A DNA stretch of 64,000 nucleotides from positions 2,852,001-2,916,000 of the forward strand of contig OX337238.1 in assembly GCA_946965045.2 (NCBI GenBank). The letters are read 5' to 3'. Of the stretch, positions 47,723 to 58,077 are shown in pieces. The notes below the pieces were generated by a model that worked only from the letters and a program-made list of their open reading frames with translations, was not told where the DNA came from and did not search any database. Source of the stretch: Epithemia pelagica. Lineage: Eukaryota > Protista > Bacillariophyta. The translations under genes were made by a program, and so were the position numbers. Each line of letters opens with the position of its first letter. Within the stretch, counting starts at the first letter, position 1.

Positions 47723-48290
47723 GATTACCAGTCTCACTGCTTATTTCCCTGCAGTTGCAATTGAAACCTTACTCACCCATCAACACCCGTTACAGATTGA
47801 GCTACCACAACAACAAGAGTTAGAGGACAAAGCTACTCAACCCATCAACAGGGCCAGCCTGGCTAAGGCTAGGGTCACCAATCGTCTCCTTTTCCAGGAC
47901 CTCAAGCTGCACTAGGACTCCGTACAACTACCTTCCCAATACTCATCCAACGAGTGAACCACTTTTGTTGAGGACTACTACGAGTACGACGAAGAAGCCG
48001 CCTTCTGTTACTGAATCTCCGGTTCAACTCGATCACCGCAACGAGTCTGGAAGTGACCAAGAATAAATAACTTTAAGTAGTTTTCACACCAAACAGGAGA
48101 CAAAACCAAGTTCCGGGTACTTCATACGTGGCACACACGTGGCACATCCGGGTTCAGAAGGCACACCACACATCCGGGTTGAGACTTTTACATCCGGGTT
48201 CTCATCACGAAGCACAAGACATTACTAAAGTTTTCGACTAAGACATCGCAGGACACATATCAACATATCTCATCACCAAGTCGAGCAATC

Positions 48291-51200
48291 ATGGAACCGA
48301 CTACATCGACCACACCAGAGTTCCACCCCAATCAAAGTATATCTGATCAAGAAGTCTTTGATCATATTACTCAGGTGTTGTTCAATTTTTCCAAGAAAAG
48401 GGTCGATGTACTCACGAAATGGATGCATCATCATGCTTTTGATGATATACTCAGTATCATCGAACATATGGCGGATGACCCAGAGAAGAATATGGATAAT
48501 ATGGTCAAGTACAAGTCAGGAAAACAAATGCATGACCTACATATCAACACAAGCCATCAGATCAAGTTGCTTGCCTACTGGTACCGACAAAAGAGCACCA
48601 ATATCCAGAGTATCCCTTCCAAGGCAACCTGGATGAATCTGACCAAGGCAGAATTTGATCTATGGAGGATAAACACTGACTTTTGCTCTGGAAGCCCTAT
48701 CACTGACCCAGTATCACCCATGAAGCCTCCATCCCATTCGACGTCATCCAAATCGTTTAGTACTACTTCTGCTGCATCGCAGTCCCAACTGGACCTAACC
48801 GCATTCAAGAAGGGAACCAAGCGTGACGCTATGGCATATGAAACATTCAAGGATGAACGATACTACGACACGTTCTGGAGGACTTTCAAGACCACAGCAA
48901 AAGCCCAAGGTTTATCTCATGTTCTTGACTTCCGATACAAGCCGCCGACAAATGATACGTATGCAACAGAACTTTTCCAAGAGCAACAGATCTTCCTATA
49001 CTCCATCCTTGTGCGCATCATCCAGACTGACCAAGGAAGAGCTTATGTTTGCGAACATGAGCATGATGAAGATGCACGAGCAGTGTTAGACAAGCTTCAC
49101 ACATTGCATACGAAGTCAGACTTAGCAAAACGAGAGGTCTTACGATTAACCAATTACATCTCCAACCTTCGCCTTGATGATACATGGCGTGGATCATCAC
49201 GTCAATTCTTGCTTCATTTCCAAGACAAACTACGTTTACTCGATAACCTTGTTGATCTCTCTGATCGCATACCTGATCACACCAGGATGACGTTTCTTAT
49301 GCAAGCTGTCGAGAAGGTACCTGACCTTCACAGAGTTAAAATCCTGGACAACGTTGTCAACACAAAGTCTGGAGCAAAGTCTTTACGTTATCAATCGTAC
49401 TTCTACATTTTGATGGACGCTGCATATGACCATGATCAAGTCACGCAATCTTCTGCAACTGGTCGTCGTCGTAGTGTCAAGCAACACGAGCAACACGAAA
49501 CACAACATGATATTGAGGGATCCCTTCAGGAAGACGATGCATATCAGATAAACAATACCAACGTCCAAGATGATAACACGGCATCTCCAAAAGCCAGTCT
49601 TCCTTGTGACCTATGGTTTAAACTTCCTGAGGATGCTCACAAGATGATTGTTGAGTATAACAAGAACGTGCAAGCTCCTACTCCAAGTCCAAGAAACGTA
49701 CAGCAACACTCCCTTGACATTGATCCTGAACCTGATCCTGACCCTGGTCAAGATGTTTTCGACGACCTGGACAACCTCACATATCCGCAGGATGATTCCG
49801 ATCCAGCCACCCATCTCATCCATCAAGCAATGACGTCAACCGACCTCAATCATCCAGCTTCTGATTTGTCTAATGTTCTATCCAATGCTGCATCCAAGAC
49901 GAGTAAGAAAGTTAGTTTCAAACAGAAAGAGCACAAGCAGAAGATCCACATGGCTCAGTACATGTTCTCTCGAAAGTCAACCTATACTGGGAATCAACTC
50001 ATCGATTGCGGTGCCAATGGTGGTTTAGCCGGAGCTGACATGTGTATCCTTTCCAAGACAGGTCGTAACATCACGACTGTGGGAATCGACAACCATGAGC
50101 TTACTGGTCTCCCTATTGTCACTTGTGCTGCCAAATTTGAAACTAATGACGGGCCAATCGTCGGCATCTTCAACGAGTATGCATACTATGGAAAAGGACA
50201 GTCTATACATGCGCCTTGCCAATTAGAACATTATGGACTATCTGTGGATGAACGTTCTGTCACGGTGGATGGGAAGCAACGCATCACTACTCTTGATGGA
50301 CGTGCTTTACCTCTCTGTATCAAGGATGGTCTTGCCTATATTCAGTATTTGGGTGTTCCTTCTGATGACGACATGGACAGATCTGCTAAAGTTGATGGCA
50401 AACAATGCATCACTATACTTGGTGGACGTGCTATCCCTCTTCACAGCAAAAATGGATTATCATACATCCACTCCCTTGGTATCCCCAGTGATGATGACAT
50501 GGACACATTACCCCACATCATCTTCACGTCACCTGACATCTGGGATCCTGGTGTTTTAGATCATTTGCATCCTGCCTCATCACCTGACAGTGCTTCTAAC
50601 TGGCAACAAGTCAACACTGATGGTAGTATGACGCATCACCCACATGACAATGACAATTATGGGGAGTACACTGATCGTGATGTCTGTAACCTCACTCACC
50701 TTTTGGATTTACCTTACGATCATGGACCTGATACACCTTCCTTCTCCTCACCCCTTATTGGAGACTCTTGTTCCACTCTGTACCATCAAGATCACAACAT
50801 GAGGACTGAGAAGCGTTATCCTACCGTTAAGAAGATGCCTTACGTCATCATAAACGTTTCTGGTCATCTTCCTCTTCAGATCCTCAATGGTCGCCCACCT
50901 GATTTTTCCCAACCCCTTTTCTTCCTTCTCTGCGACAAGGTCTTCTCCTGTACCGAATCTTATGCACCCTATCTTTGTCCGGATGCCTCTTCAGGGGAGG
51001 AGTCACTTCCAAATAAACCCAATGACAAGCAAGCTGACACCGTTTTCATTTGTAGCAAAGGTGAAGATCCATCCGCACAAATGCCTACGATCAAAAACTG
51101 CGACAAAATTTTTGGACAAGCGTTTCCTTACAAACCAGCAGAGGGAAATGGGGAGCAACAACAAGCATGTATAATCCAACACGTCAATTTAGAACAAGAC

Positions 51201-52544
51201 GCTTTCAAGCAAGAAGCATGTATCAAGAAGTACATTTTCTGCAAACACAATTCCAATATTGACAAGAAGGTGATCTCATGCAGTCAACTTGTGGAATACA
51301 ATGGACAGGACAACCAGGAACAGGCAACTGAAGATGTTGTTTTCCAATTCAGAGATGTTGTCATACATCAAGGACCTTTGAGCAGTAACAACAACCCTGA
51401 CTACAAAGGAAGTCGCTGGAATGTACTTGTCGATTGGGAGACTGGGGAGATGATCTTTGAGCCTCCAACACCCACCATAACCATTGTCTATGGCAAGAAA
51501 CATGACCTACTGAATGAACTTGGATGGAAGCATTTCAAGCATTTTGTCAAGATCAGTGAATGCCTCATTCAAGCTGCTAAACAGCAGTCAAGAATCAAGC
51601 AACTGAGTCTTTTTGTCAAGTACAAGTTTGGTTACCCACACGTTCCACAGACACACAAAGAAGCAATTGTTTTAGACAAGCAACATGGCAAAAACAAGTG
51701 GCAAGACACTACCGATTTTGGACCCTCACAGATTCAATCACTCAAGACATTGAAGGATCATGATCAAGTTCAAGTCCATCTTGGGAAAATGTTAGATGCA
51801 CAAGAAGAGTATCACAACAAGATTCAAGTCTATCGTGTGAAACATGATGATAGATGCAAGGCACTTCTCGTCACGTGTGAACATTTTACCAAAGAACCAG
51901 TTGAGGCAATCTGTCCATGTGCTATTTCCTTTTGCAACTTCCATACTACCATCTACCTTGGGCCTCTCAATGATATGGATATATGGAGAGCATACATTGG
52001 AAATGCATGCAACCTGAAAGCTTTAGCTGGGGAGAAGACCTTGATAGTCGCAAGACAAGAACTCAAGGAATTATGTCACACCTTGGTTACCTACTACAAG
52101 ACCTCAAATGGATTCGATTCTTCAGGAGAACGTCAACATGACTGTTTATTTGATGTCTTTCTTGATATGGATTTGTCACCAAGTAAAGCAATTCCCAATG
52201 TTTGGATGAAGAAAGCACCCGGGGAGAAGAGCTCTGAAGGTATCTGCAACAACTTTACACTCAAGAATGATGGATTTATTATCAACTGCCTCAGACGTTT
52301 TTATACACCAATCCAGAAGATGTTCTCGGCAAACATTGGAAATTCTCCACATGCTAGACAATGTTCAAGACCTTCTTCTTCTTCTAGAATGGAAACAATC
52401 ACAAGAACGACAAAGGAAAATAACAATCCTCACTCGACGAATTGTGGGGAGTGGCAGAATTCTCACCAACAACTAGGTTGTGGTGGAATCTACAACTCAT
52501 CGACTGATGCTAGTATTTTATGGCATCCGATGACATTTTCGTAA
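48291..52544 (+). CDS. Copia Gag-protease polyprotein with decayed integrase and RT remnants (1417 aa)
   Basis: Gag FKKGTKRD..Y..FKDERYYD.FW, protease LIDCGANGGLAG, integrase tail PLQILNGRPPDFS, RT remnants KYKFG..VP...EA..LD..HG...WQD, VKHDDRCKALLV and SPSKA.PNVWM. No integrase DDE core, no YVDD, no RNase H; the stop lies inside the 3' LTR. Confidence 0.88.
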   Translation: MEPTTSTTPEFHPNQSISDQEVFDHITQVLFNFSKKRVDVLTKWMHHHAFDDILSIIEHMADDPEKNMDNMVKYKSGKQMHDLHINTSHQIKLLAYWYRQKSTNIQSIPSKATWMNLTKAEFDLWRINTDFCSGSPITDPVSPMKPPSHSTSSKSFSTTSAASQSQLDLTAFKKGTKRDAMAYETFKDERYYDTFWRTFKTTAKAQGLSHVLDFRYKPPTNDTYATELFQEQQIFLYSILVRIIQTDQGRAYVCEHEHDEDARAVLDKLHTLHTKSDLAKREVLRLTNYISNLRLDDTWRGSSRQFLLHFQDKLRLLDNLVDLSDRIPDHTRMTFLMQAVEKVPDLHRVKILDNVVNTKSGAKSLRYQSYFYILMDAAYDHDQVTQSSATGRRRSVKQHEQHETQHDIEGSLQEDDAYQINNTNVQDDNTASPKASLPCDLWFKLPEDAHKMIVEYNKNVQAPTPSPRNVQQHSLDIDPEPDPDPGQDVFDDLDNLTYPQDDSDPATHLIHQAMTSTDLNHPASDLSNVLSNAASKTSKKVSFKQKEHKQKIHMAQYMFSRKSTYTGNQLIDCGANGGLAGADMCILSKTGRNITTVGIDNHELTGLPIVTCAAKFETNDGPIVGIFNEYAYYGKGQSIHAPCQLEHYGLSVDERSVTVDGKQRITTLDGRALPLCIKDGLAYIQYLGVPSDDDMDRSAKVDGKQCITILGGRAIPLHSKNGLSYIHSLGIPSDDDMDTLPHIIFTSPDIWDPGVLDHLHPASSPDSASNWQQVNTDGSMTHHPHDNDNYGEYTDRDVCNLTHLLDLPYDHGPDTPSFSSPLIGDSCSTLYHQDHNMRTEKRYPTVKKMPYVIINVSGHLPLQILNGRPPDFSQPLFFLLCDKVFSCTESYAPYLCPDASSGEESLPNKPNDKQADTVFICSKGEDPSAQMPTIKNCDKIFGQAFPYKPAEGNGEQQQACIIQHVNLEQDAFKQEACIKKYIFCKHNSNIDKKVISCSQLVEYNGQDNQEQATEDVVFQFRDVVIHQGPLSSNNNPDYKGSRWNVLVDWETGEMIFEPPTPTITIVYGKKHDLLNELGWKHFKHFVKISECLIQAAKQQSRIKQLSLFVKYKFGYPHVPQTHKEAIVLDKQHGKNKWQDTTDFGPSQIQSLKTLKDHDQVQVHLGKMLDAQEEYHNKIQVYRVKHDDRCKALLVTCEHFTKEPVEAICPCAISFCNFHTTIYLGPLNDMDIWRAYIGNACNLKALAGEKTLIVARQELKELCHTLVTYYKTSNGFDSSGERQHDCLFDVFLDMDLSPSKAIPNVWMKKAPGEKSSEGICNNFTLKNDGFIINCLRRFYTPIQKMFSANIGNSPHARQCSRPSSSSRMETITRTTKENNNPHSTNCGEWQNSHQQLGCGGIYNSSTDASILWHPMTFS

Positions 52545-53160
52545 AAGTGAGAAAAGAATGACGGCATGCTCGCAGACCTTTTAATTTCGGCCAAGGCATG
52601 CTCGCAATGCACGCGTTATGAGCGACCGATTGGATATTAATTATGGCCCAACACGTGCGCGCCCATTATTCTCAAGCGCGTGCAATCAATATCCGAGTAC
52701 GCACCTCCACGACTTAGCCCAACGGCCTAAGTAACCGAAGCACAAATCATGATCACCCGAGACCATATCTCTATTCCCATAAATCAAAGAATGCAAACAG
52801 CAACGCGCCAAGGAAACTACCTATATCATGACAAAGCAAGAGCTGTTGGCATTGGTATATGATATACAAGTGCATATACTTCCAATACACAATATCAATG
52901 TCTACTCCAACCATACCAGTCCTGTCAGCGCCATGAATATATCAGTCATGCACCCTGACCAGACCTGCACACCCACACACACACCGTAGTCCTAAAGCTC
53001 ACAATCATTAACATTACCATATCATCACGTCTTCAGTGTCCTGACTATCCCTACGATAGAACCCTTGGGTTTCCTTTGTTCTCTGACCCGTGGAGAACCT
53101 TGGTATCAGTTGGTAATCGATTGTGGCTCTTCTAGAGCGTGTATTGATGAATCTCTACTA
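52452..53160 (+). repeat. 3' LTR (TG...TA)
   Basis: Direct repeat of 47014..47722. Confidence 0.95.
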
Positions 53161-53975
53161 ATCGGTACGCACCACCAGCAACCAATGGATGACCTTGCAA
53201 AAATTGTCGATCTGCGGCAAGATATGAATGTGCGGCTGTTACCGTCTATAATCGCTATATTGTCGTGATAGGTGGTTCTCTCTGCGCAAACGATTTGTCG
53301 TCGGTTGATATAATCGATACAGCTATCGAAAGCAACCACACTGTGATTTCGGGACCATCCATGACAGTTCCGCGGTCTGGTTGTGCATGTGCTGTCATTG
53401 GTAATCGCATTTTTGTTGTTGGAGGCTTAAGTTGTTGGACAGCTCTCGCCTCAGTAGAGTACTTGGAAATTCATGATGCTTCAGGCAATGAGACAATGAA
53501 CACAGCAAGCACAGTGTTTCCATCCTCTTGTCGTTGGACACGTCATGACAAGCTGAATCTTTCCATCCGACGGAGTTTTCATGCAATTGCAGCTGTGGGA
53601 TCCTGTCTGATTGTTATGGGAGGTACGAGAGCTGGGACCACTGCAGAAGTCTTGGATACTTGTCGAAATACTGTGTGGACCCTTCCCCTATCAACGTTGT
53701 GGCGTTGTTCTTTCAGTGCTGTGGTTCACTCAAGAGGAATTGCAGTGATTAGTGGAAGTTTAATTGCTTCTTGTGAGACACTGTCGTTGATTGACAAGAA
53801 TACGTGGTGTTTTCGTCGACTCACTGAGCAGGTGTCGAGTGCAATGTTTTCAAAACTCCCTGTGATCAGAACCTATTACAGTAATGAAGGAGTCGAATGA
53901 GCGCAAAGCTGTCCAGTGAGAACCTATAAATTGTGCATGTAGAACACGTTCATAAAAATAGAAAGAAGAAGTACA

Positions 53976-54800
53976 TTGTGGCAGCAATTCAAACCTGATA
54001 TGATGGTATGTCTTGGTGGCGGGTCTTCAATGGATGCGGCCAAGTATATTCGGGCCGCGATGTACGAACATCCTAAATTGTCGCTGCAGGATGCAGTGGC
54101 CCGATTCCTGGAATTGCGACAGCGTACATGTCCTTTCCCGGTCCTGGGATCGAACTTCCACTGTTCTCGTACCGTTGGACTCCCGACATTGCCATTATTG
54201 ATTCTAGTTTTTGCGAAAAGTTACCCCCAATCCTGATTGTCTACGCCGGTATCGATACCATTACGCATGCTACCGAAACACTTGTGTCGGTTGCGGCCAA
54301 TGATTTTACGCAGGATGATAGACTTCGAACACTTCAGCTCTTGACTGACAATTTAGTCGATTCCTTTGTTACGGGCAACGCCGACGCTCGCGATGCTGTT
54401 CATCACGGTGCTACCTTGGCTGGTTTGGCCTTTAGGAACAGTTTTTCGGGCATTGCGCACAGCTTGGCACACAAAATGGGAGCCGTGTTTCATCTTCCAC
54501 ATGAATTAGTGTGTGGTATTGTGTTGCCTCACGTGATTCAATTCAACAGTTCGTTGACACCCACCCGCATGGGAGTCTTTCCAGGTTATGATTATCCAAA
54601 AGTACTGGAACAGTATGCGACCATTGCTCGCCACATGGGACTGCTCTAGGAGGACGGCATACCGCATACCAATACGGAACTCATGGAAGCGTACATTGCC
54701 AAATTATATGTCATGTACGATGCAATGAGTGTTCCCAAAACCGTTTTTGAAGCTGGATGTTCGGAAGAAGTGTTCTTGGATCAACTTGATGATATTTTGT
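53976..54800 (+). pseudogene. adhE: AdhE-like Fe-ADH fragment, second copy
   Basis: Colinear paralog of 9460..10292 with a different premature stop (TAG at 54647-54649). Confidence 0.75.
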
Positions 54801-54855
54801 ATGCAAGAACTTGGACTAAAAGTTTAGGATACAGCAAAGTGCATCGGTTTGATAG

Positions 54856-55221
54856 TCATAGGAGGAACAAGCCATGACGACGTTGTAGTCGCTCCAACTC
54901 CTGAGCAAGTTCTTGACGTTGGTCCTGGAGAGCCGGAAGATTCTGAAGTCTGTCTCGGAGGACAATTCGTTGTTCACGGAGTTGCTTCTTGGTTTTACGC
55001 ATCGATTCCTTATCCTGATTGGATCCAATACCAGAGTTGAGAAGAAAGATAAGGTTGTTGATTTCCTCTTGAACCAGTTTAAGCTTCTTGAACGTCTTCT
55101 GCAACGCTGTAATTTGATTCTCCAAGACCTCCATCTGTTCTTGAATATCTTGGACGATTCCGAGAGTGACGTCTTCATCAAGGAGAAGAGTAGCGCTGTT
55201 GTTGGAGCGAGTAGAGAGCAT
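54856..55221 (-). CDS. Small predicted coiled-coil protein (121 aa), second copy
   Basis: Paralog of 10361..10726, intact. Confidence 0.6.
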   Translation of the reverse strand: MLSTRSNNSATLLLDEDVTLGIVQDIQEQMEVLENQITALQKTFKKLKLVQEEINNLIFLLNSGIGSNQDKESMRKTKKQLREQRIVLRDRLQNLPALQDQRQELAQELERLQRRHGLFLL

Positions 55222-55498
55222 GTTTATCGGGTTTGTTGGTTGAAGCTGGATGCTGTAGAAAGGTTTGGGTTTCTTGTTTTGTGAGAAAACCGGAATGAAG
55301 AAAGGTCGGCGAATCGTGGTTCCGAATGCGAATCACGACTGTTACTGGTGGTGGGGAAGTGGGGCTCTGTTTTATTGGTCCCCGTAGATTTCGTCTGTCC
55401 GGTATAGCCGTCCGAGACCGCGTCCACCATATCACGAGCCCCGTCCGTACGTTGCGTCTAGGGATAAGATCAGTCTCCTAGCTAGAGTAGTTCCTAGC

Positions 55499-57052
55499 TT
55501 AGTGGAGAAGAGAAGGTTCCGAGCCGTGGTATTCCCAAACTCCCTGCGACTCGACTTGCAACAAGTGTTGTTGCAAATGGTCCTGGTGGTGAGCCTTATT
55601 ATTGCTCCACAACACAGGGATGGAGGAATGCATTGGTACGAGCACAACCATCCGCAAACGATTCCTACGACGACAGTTTCTCCAGGACCAAACGCTGGTC
55701 CCCGAAACCGTCCCAACAACAACAAGACAAAGTAACATGACCAGCACAGCTGATTTCCATTGCGAATTTCTCTCCAGACTGGCGTCGTCGTTGAGAATGG
55801 ACCGACAGACTGCATCACGATGATGACGACGACAAGAATCCAGCCATGCTAGGCCTGTTCTTTGGTAGAGAATCCTCCACATGGTCCACACTTCATACGA
55901 CAGGCACTGGCAAATTGTCACATAAAATCCATGCCTCAATTCGTGTTTGATCCAGAGACGAATCGTGACATGGCAATAGTCGTACCATGCCCACTCCTTC
56001 ATGCCAATTGGTGCTTCTGGAATATGACACTTTACTTTCTCCTCGTCCTCGTTGCGGATGCAATTTTGGGAGAGACAATGGTGCAAAAGGCATTGCATGT
56101 CGTTGGTATTTTTACAGAGTTGATCGACACGACGTGCCTGTTGCAAAATCTCCTGATGAAACCACGATTCCAAATATTGGGGCTCCGAAACGTCGTTCTG
56201 GAGGTACTCATTGGCTTGTATTCGTGAAACTGTCGATCCAGTACCGCTCTTCATGGTTGGAGCATCTGACACAGGAGTTACCTTCCATGATGACGTCCCA
56301 TTTGCCAAACTCGCCGCACTTTGGTCCTCCACCACGACCTTTGAAACATCTTGTTGTTCCAGATCCACGTCCCAGGACGTGGAGTGTGTCGTGTCTCCGG
56401 TATCCGACGACGAGAGAGACGGGGGAGACTCCCAGTCAATGCATTCTTCTTCATCACGATCCGCATCAAAGACAATGCATTCTTCTTCATCACAATCCGA
56501 ATCAAAGACAATGCGCTCTTCCTCATCACCATTATCTTTTGCAGTGTGGCTGTTCCTGCTTGGGTGACAAGGGGACACAGCTAAAGAAGACTGCGGACTC
56601 CAGACATTGGTTATCCGAAATAAGGGCGTTCCCACAGGATCATTGCCCTTATCATGAGAATCAGCAGCAGCATTCTTTCCACGACCAAAGGTGTAGTCGT
56701 CCCCCAAGAGAGGAGTGGACTGATGTCGTAGCAGCCAGCGTGGCAGGAGCGAGCCGGTAGTATTCGAATCGTTGTCCTCCTTCTTGTGAATCTGGGCCAG
56801 AAAAGACGAATACGGCACGGACGCTTGTGTAACATGCCTCTTACAATCGTCACCACTAGTGTCGCTACTGTCGCTGTTGCTGCAAGTCCAGCGAATGGAT
56901 TCGGGGGCCGCCATCAAGGAGGAGGATGACGATGAGGAGGACAACGACGACAATGAGGATGAATTCGAATCCAATCGTTGATGGTTTCGAGTTATGGACG
57001 ACGACAAGACGGTTGTACTGGTAGCACTGTTCGGGACGATCGTTGGTGGCAC
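55499..57052 (-). CDS. Family X, best-preserved reading frame (517 codons, probably 5'-truncated)
   Basis: Long ORF with a Ser-rich N-part, DEEECIVFD repeats, FHQEILQQARRVDQL helix and hydrophobic AVLVMLLCLVVVGTVSG followed by RNCRRRNRLR. It opens at GTG after an upstream TAG; the first ATG is MAAPES. Confidence 0.55.
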   Translation of the reverse strand: MPPTIVPNSATSTTVLSSSITRNHQRLDSNSSSLSSLSSSSSSSSLMAAPESIRWTCSNSDSSDTSGDDCKRHVTQASVPYSSFLAQIHKKEDNDSNTTGSLLPRWLLRHQSTPLLGDDYTFGRGKNAAADSHDKGNDPVGTPLFRITNVWSPQSSLAVSPCHPSRNSHTAKDNGDEEERIVFDSDCDEEECIVFDADRDEEECIDWESPPSLSSSDTGDTTHSTSWDVDLEQQDVSKVVVEDQSAASLANGTSSWKVTPVSDAPTMKSGTGSTVSRIQANEYLQNDVSEPQYLESWFHQEILQQARRVDQLCKNTNDMQCLLHHCLSQNCIRNEDEEKVKCHIPEAPIGMKEWAWYDYCHVTIRLWIKHELRHGFYVTICQCLSYEVWTMWRILYQRTGLAWLDSCRRHHRDAVCRSILNDDASLERNSQWKSAVLVMLLCLVVVGTVSGTSVWSWRNCRRRNRLRMVVLVPMHSSIPVLWSNNKAHHQDHLQQHLLQVESQGVWEYHGSEPSLLH

Positions 57053-58077
57053 GTAAATGTCGTTGTTCTTCTTCTTATCGCTGTTCTAGAGAACGAGCGA
57101 TGATGAGGCTAATGATTGATATCGAGACCAAACAACAGAAAGAAGAAGACTCTTGATGTCAACCACAAGTCCAGTCGTCGAAGCGTTTAATGCTTAATTG
57201 TGATGGCCTTCATCATCATCACACCGAAAGAGAACAAAAAAGTCTCTCACTTTTTCTCCGACAACACAGCGTGGGCCTATAGAGTGCAATCCAATGTGGA
57301 AGAAGAAGAAGACAAACAGAGGACCCAGCAATCGGCCTGAGATAGATCATTGGTGGAAACGCACGAGATGCTCTGTTGTGATGGTCTTCAAGATTGGAGA
57401 AAGAGTCCTGGTCCCTTCATTTTGGGTATTTGCGCTGTTCTTGTCGCTTCCCCGATGATTTTCCTATCGTGGGTGCCAATTTCAAGTGATCTCGATAGAA
57501 TGGCTTCTAGCATTTGTTGCATCTTCTTCGAGTTTGCCAGTGTGGGACAATCATGTGTGATCGATGATTGGATTGGAACCTATGAATTTGGCCTGCTTCG
57601 TTGTGCATGGACGATGAACTAGAGCTTGACTGCGATCCTGATACATTGTGCAAAACAGCCCGGAAAAATCTGAAAAGGGCCTCAAGACTGCAACGGACAA
57701 GTACTGCTACCGAGATACAGTGGCAAAGGGGTTCTAGTGAGGCTACGCTTTTTTGTCAGCGCGTTCGTGGATTTGTGCCGAAGCAGTTATTTTCGTGGAT
57801 GGTTTTGGACCCGTCCATCTGTCCAAGGTCATCCATCCGCTGAATAAAAAAGGATGGTTTTGGACCCGTGAATCTCTCCAAGGCCATCCACATCCGAGGA
57901 TGCAATGATTGAAATCGCCACCGTGGAGGTGCGTCCGTCGTCGCTGCGGTCTTTCGTTCCGGTTTTGGTGTGAAAGGTCCAGAATATTCAGTCCATCTCC
58001 ATTTTCGTATTTTTTTGAGGAGAAAGACGAAGCTCTGAGGTCCATTCCTTGGTGTTGTCATAAAATCTGAAAGTACC

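Larger units (their letters stand above)
47014..53160 (+). mobile_element. Ty1/copia LTR retrotransposon (CoDi-like), non-autonomous, 6,147 bp
   Basis: 709-bp direct LTRs; 5-bp TSD ATCGG at 47009-47013 and 53161-53165; purine tract GGGGAG just before the 3' LTR; Gag-PR-(IN)-(RT) order. Confidence 0.95.
46593..53900 (+). pseudogene. Kelch copy 12 (type C) interrupted by the copia element
   Basis: 5' part 46593..47013, 3' part 53161..53900. Rejoining at the ATCGG TSD gives ...ENLWHAGASVRTTSNQW..., followed by an extra +1 in the A5 run at 53199-53203. The 3' part matches copy 3. Confidence 0.9.
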
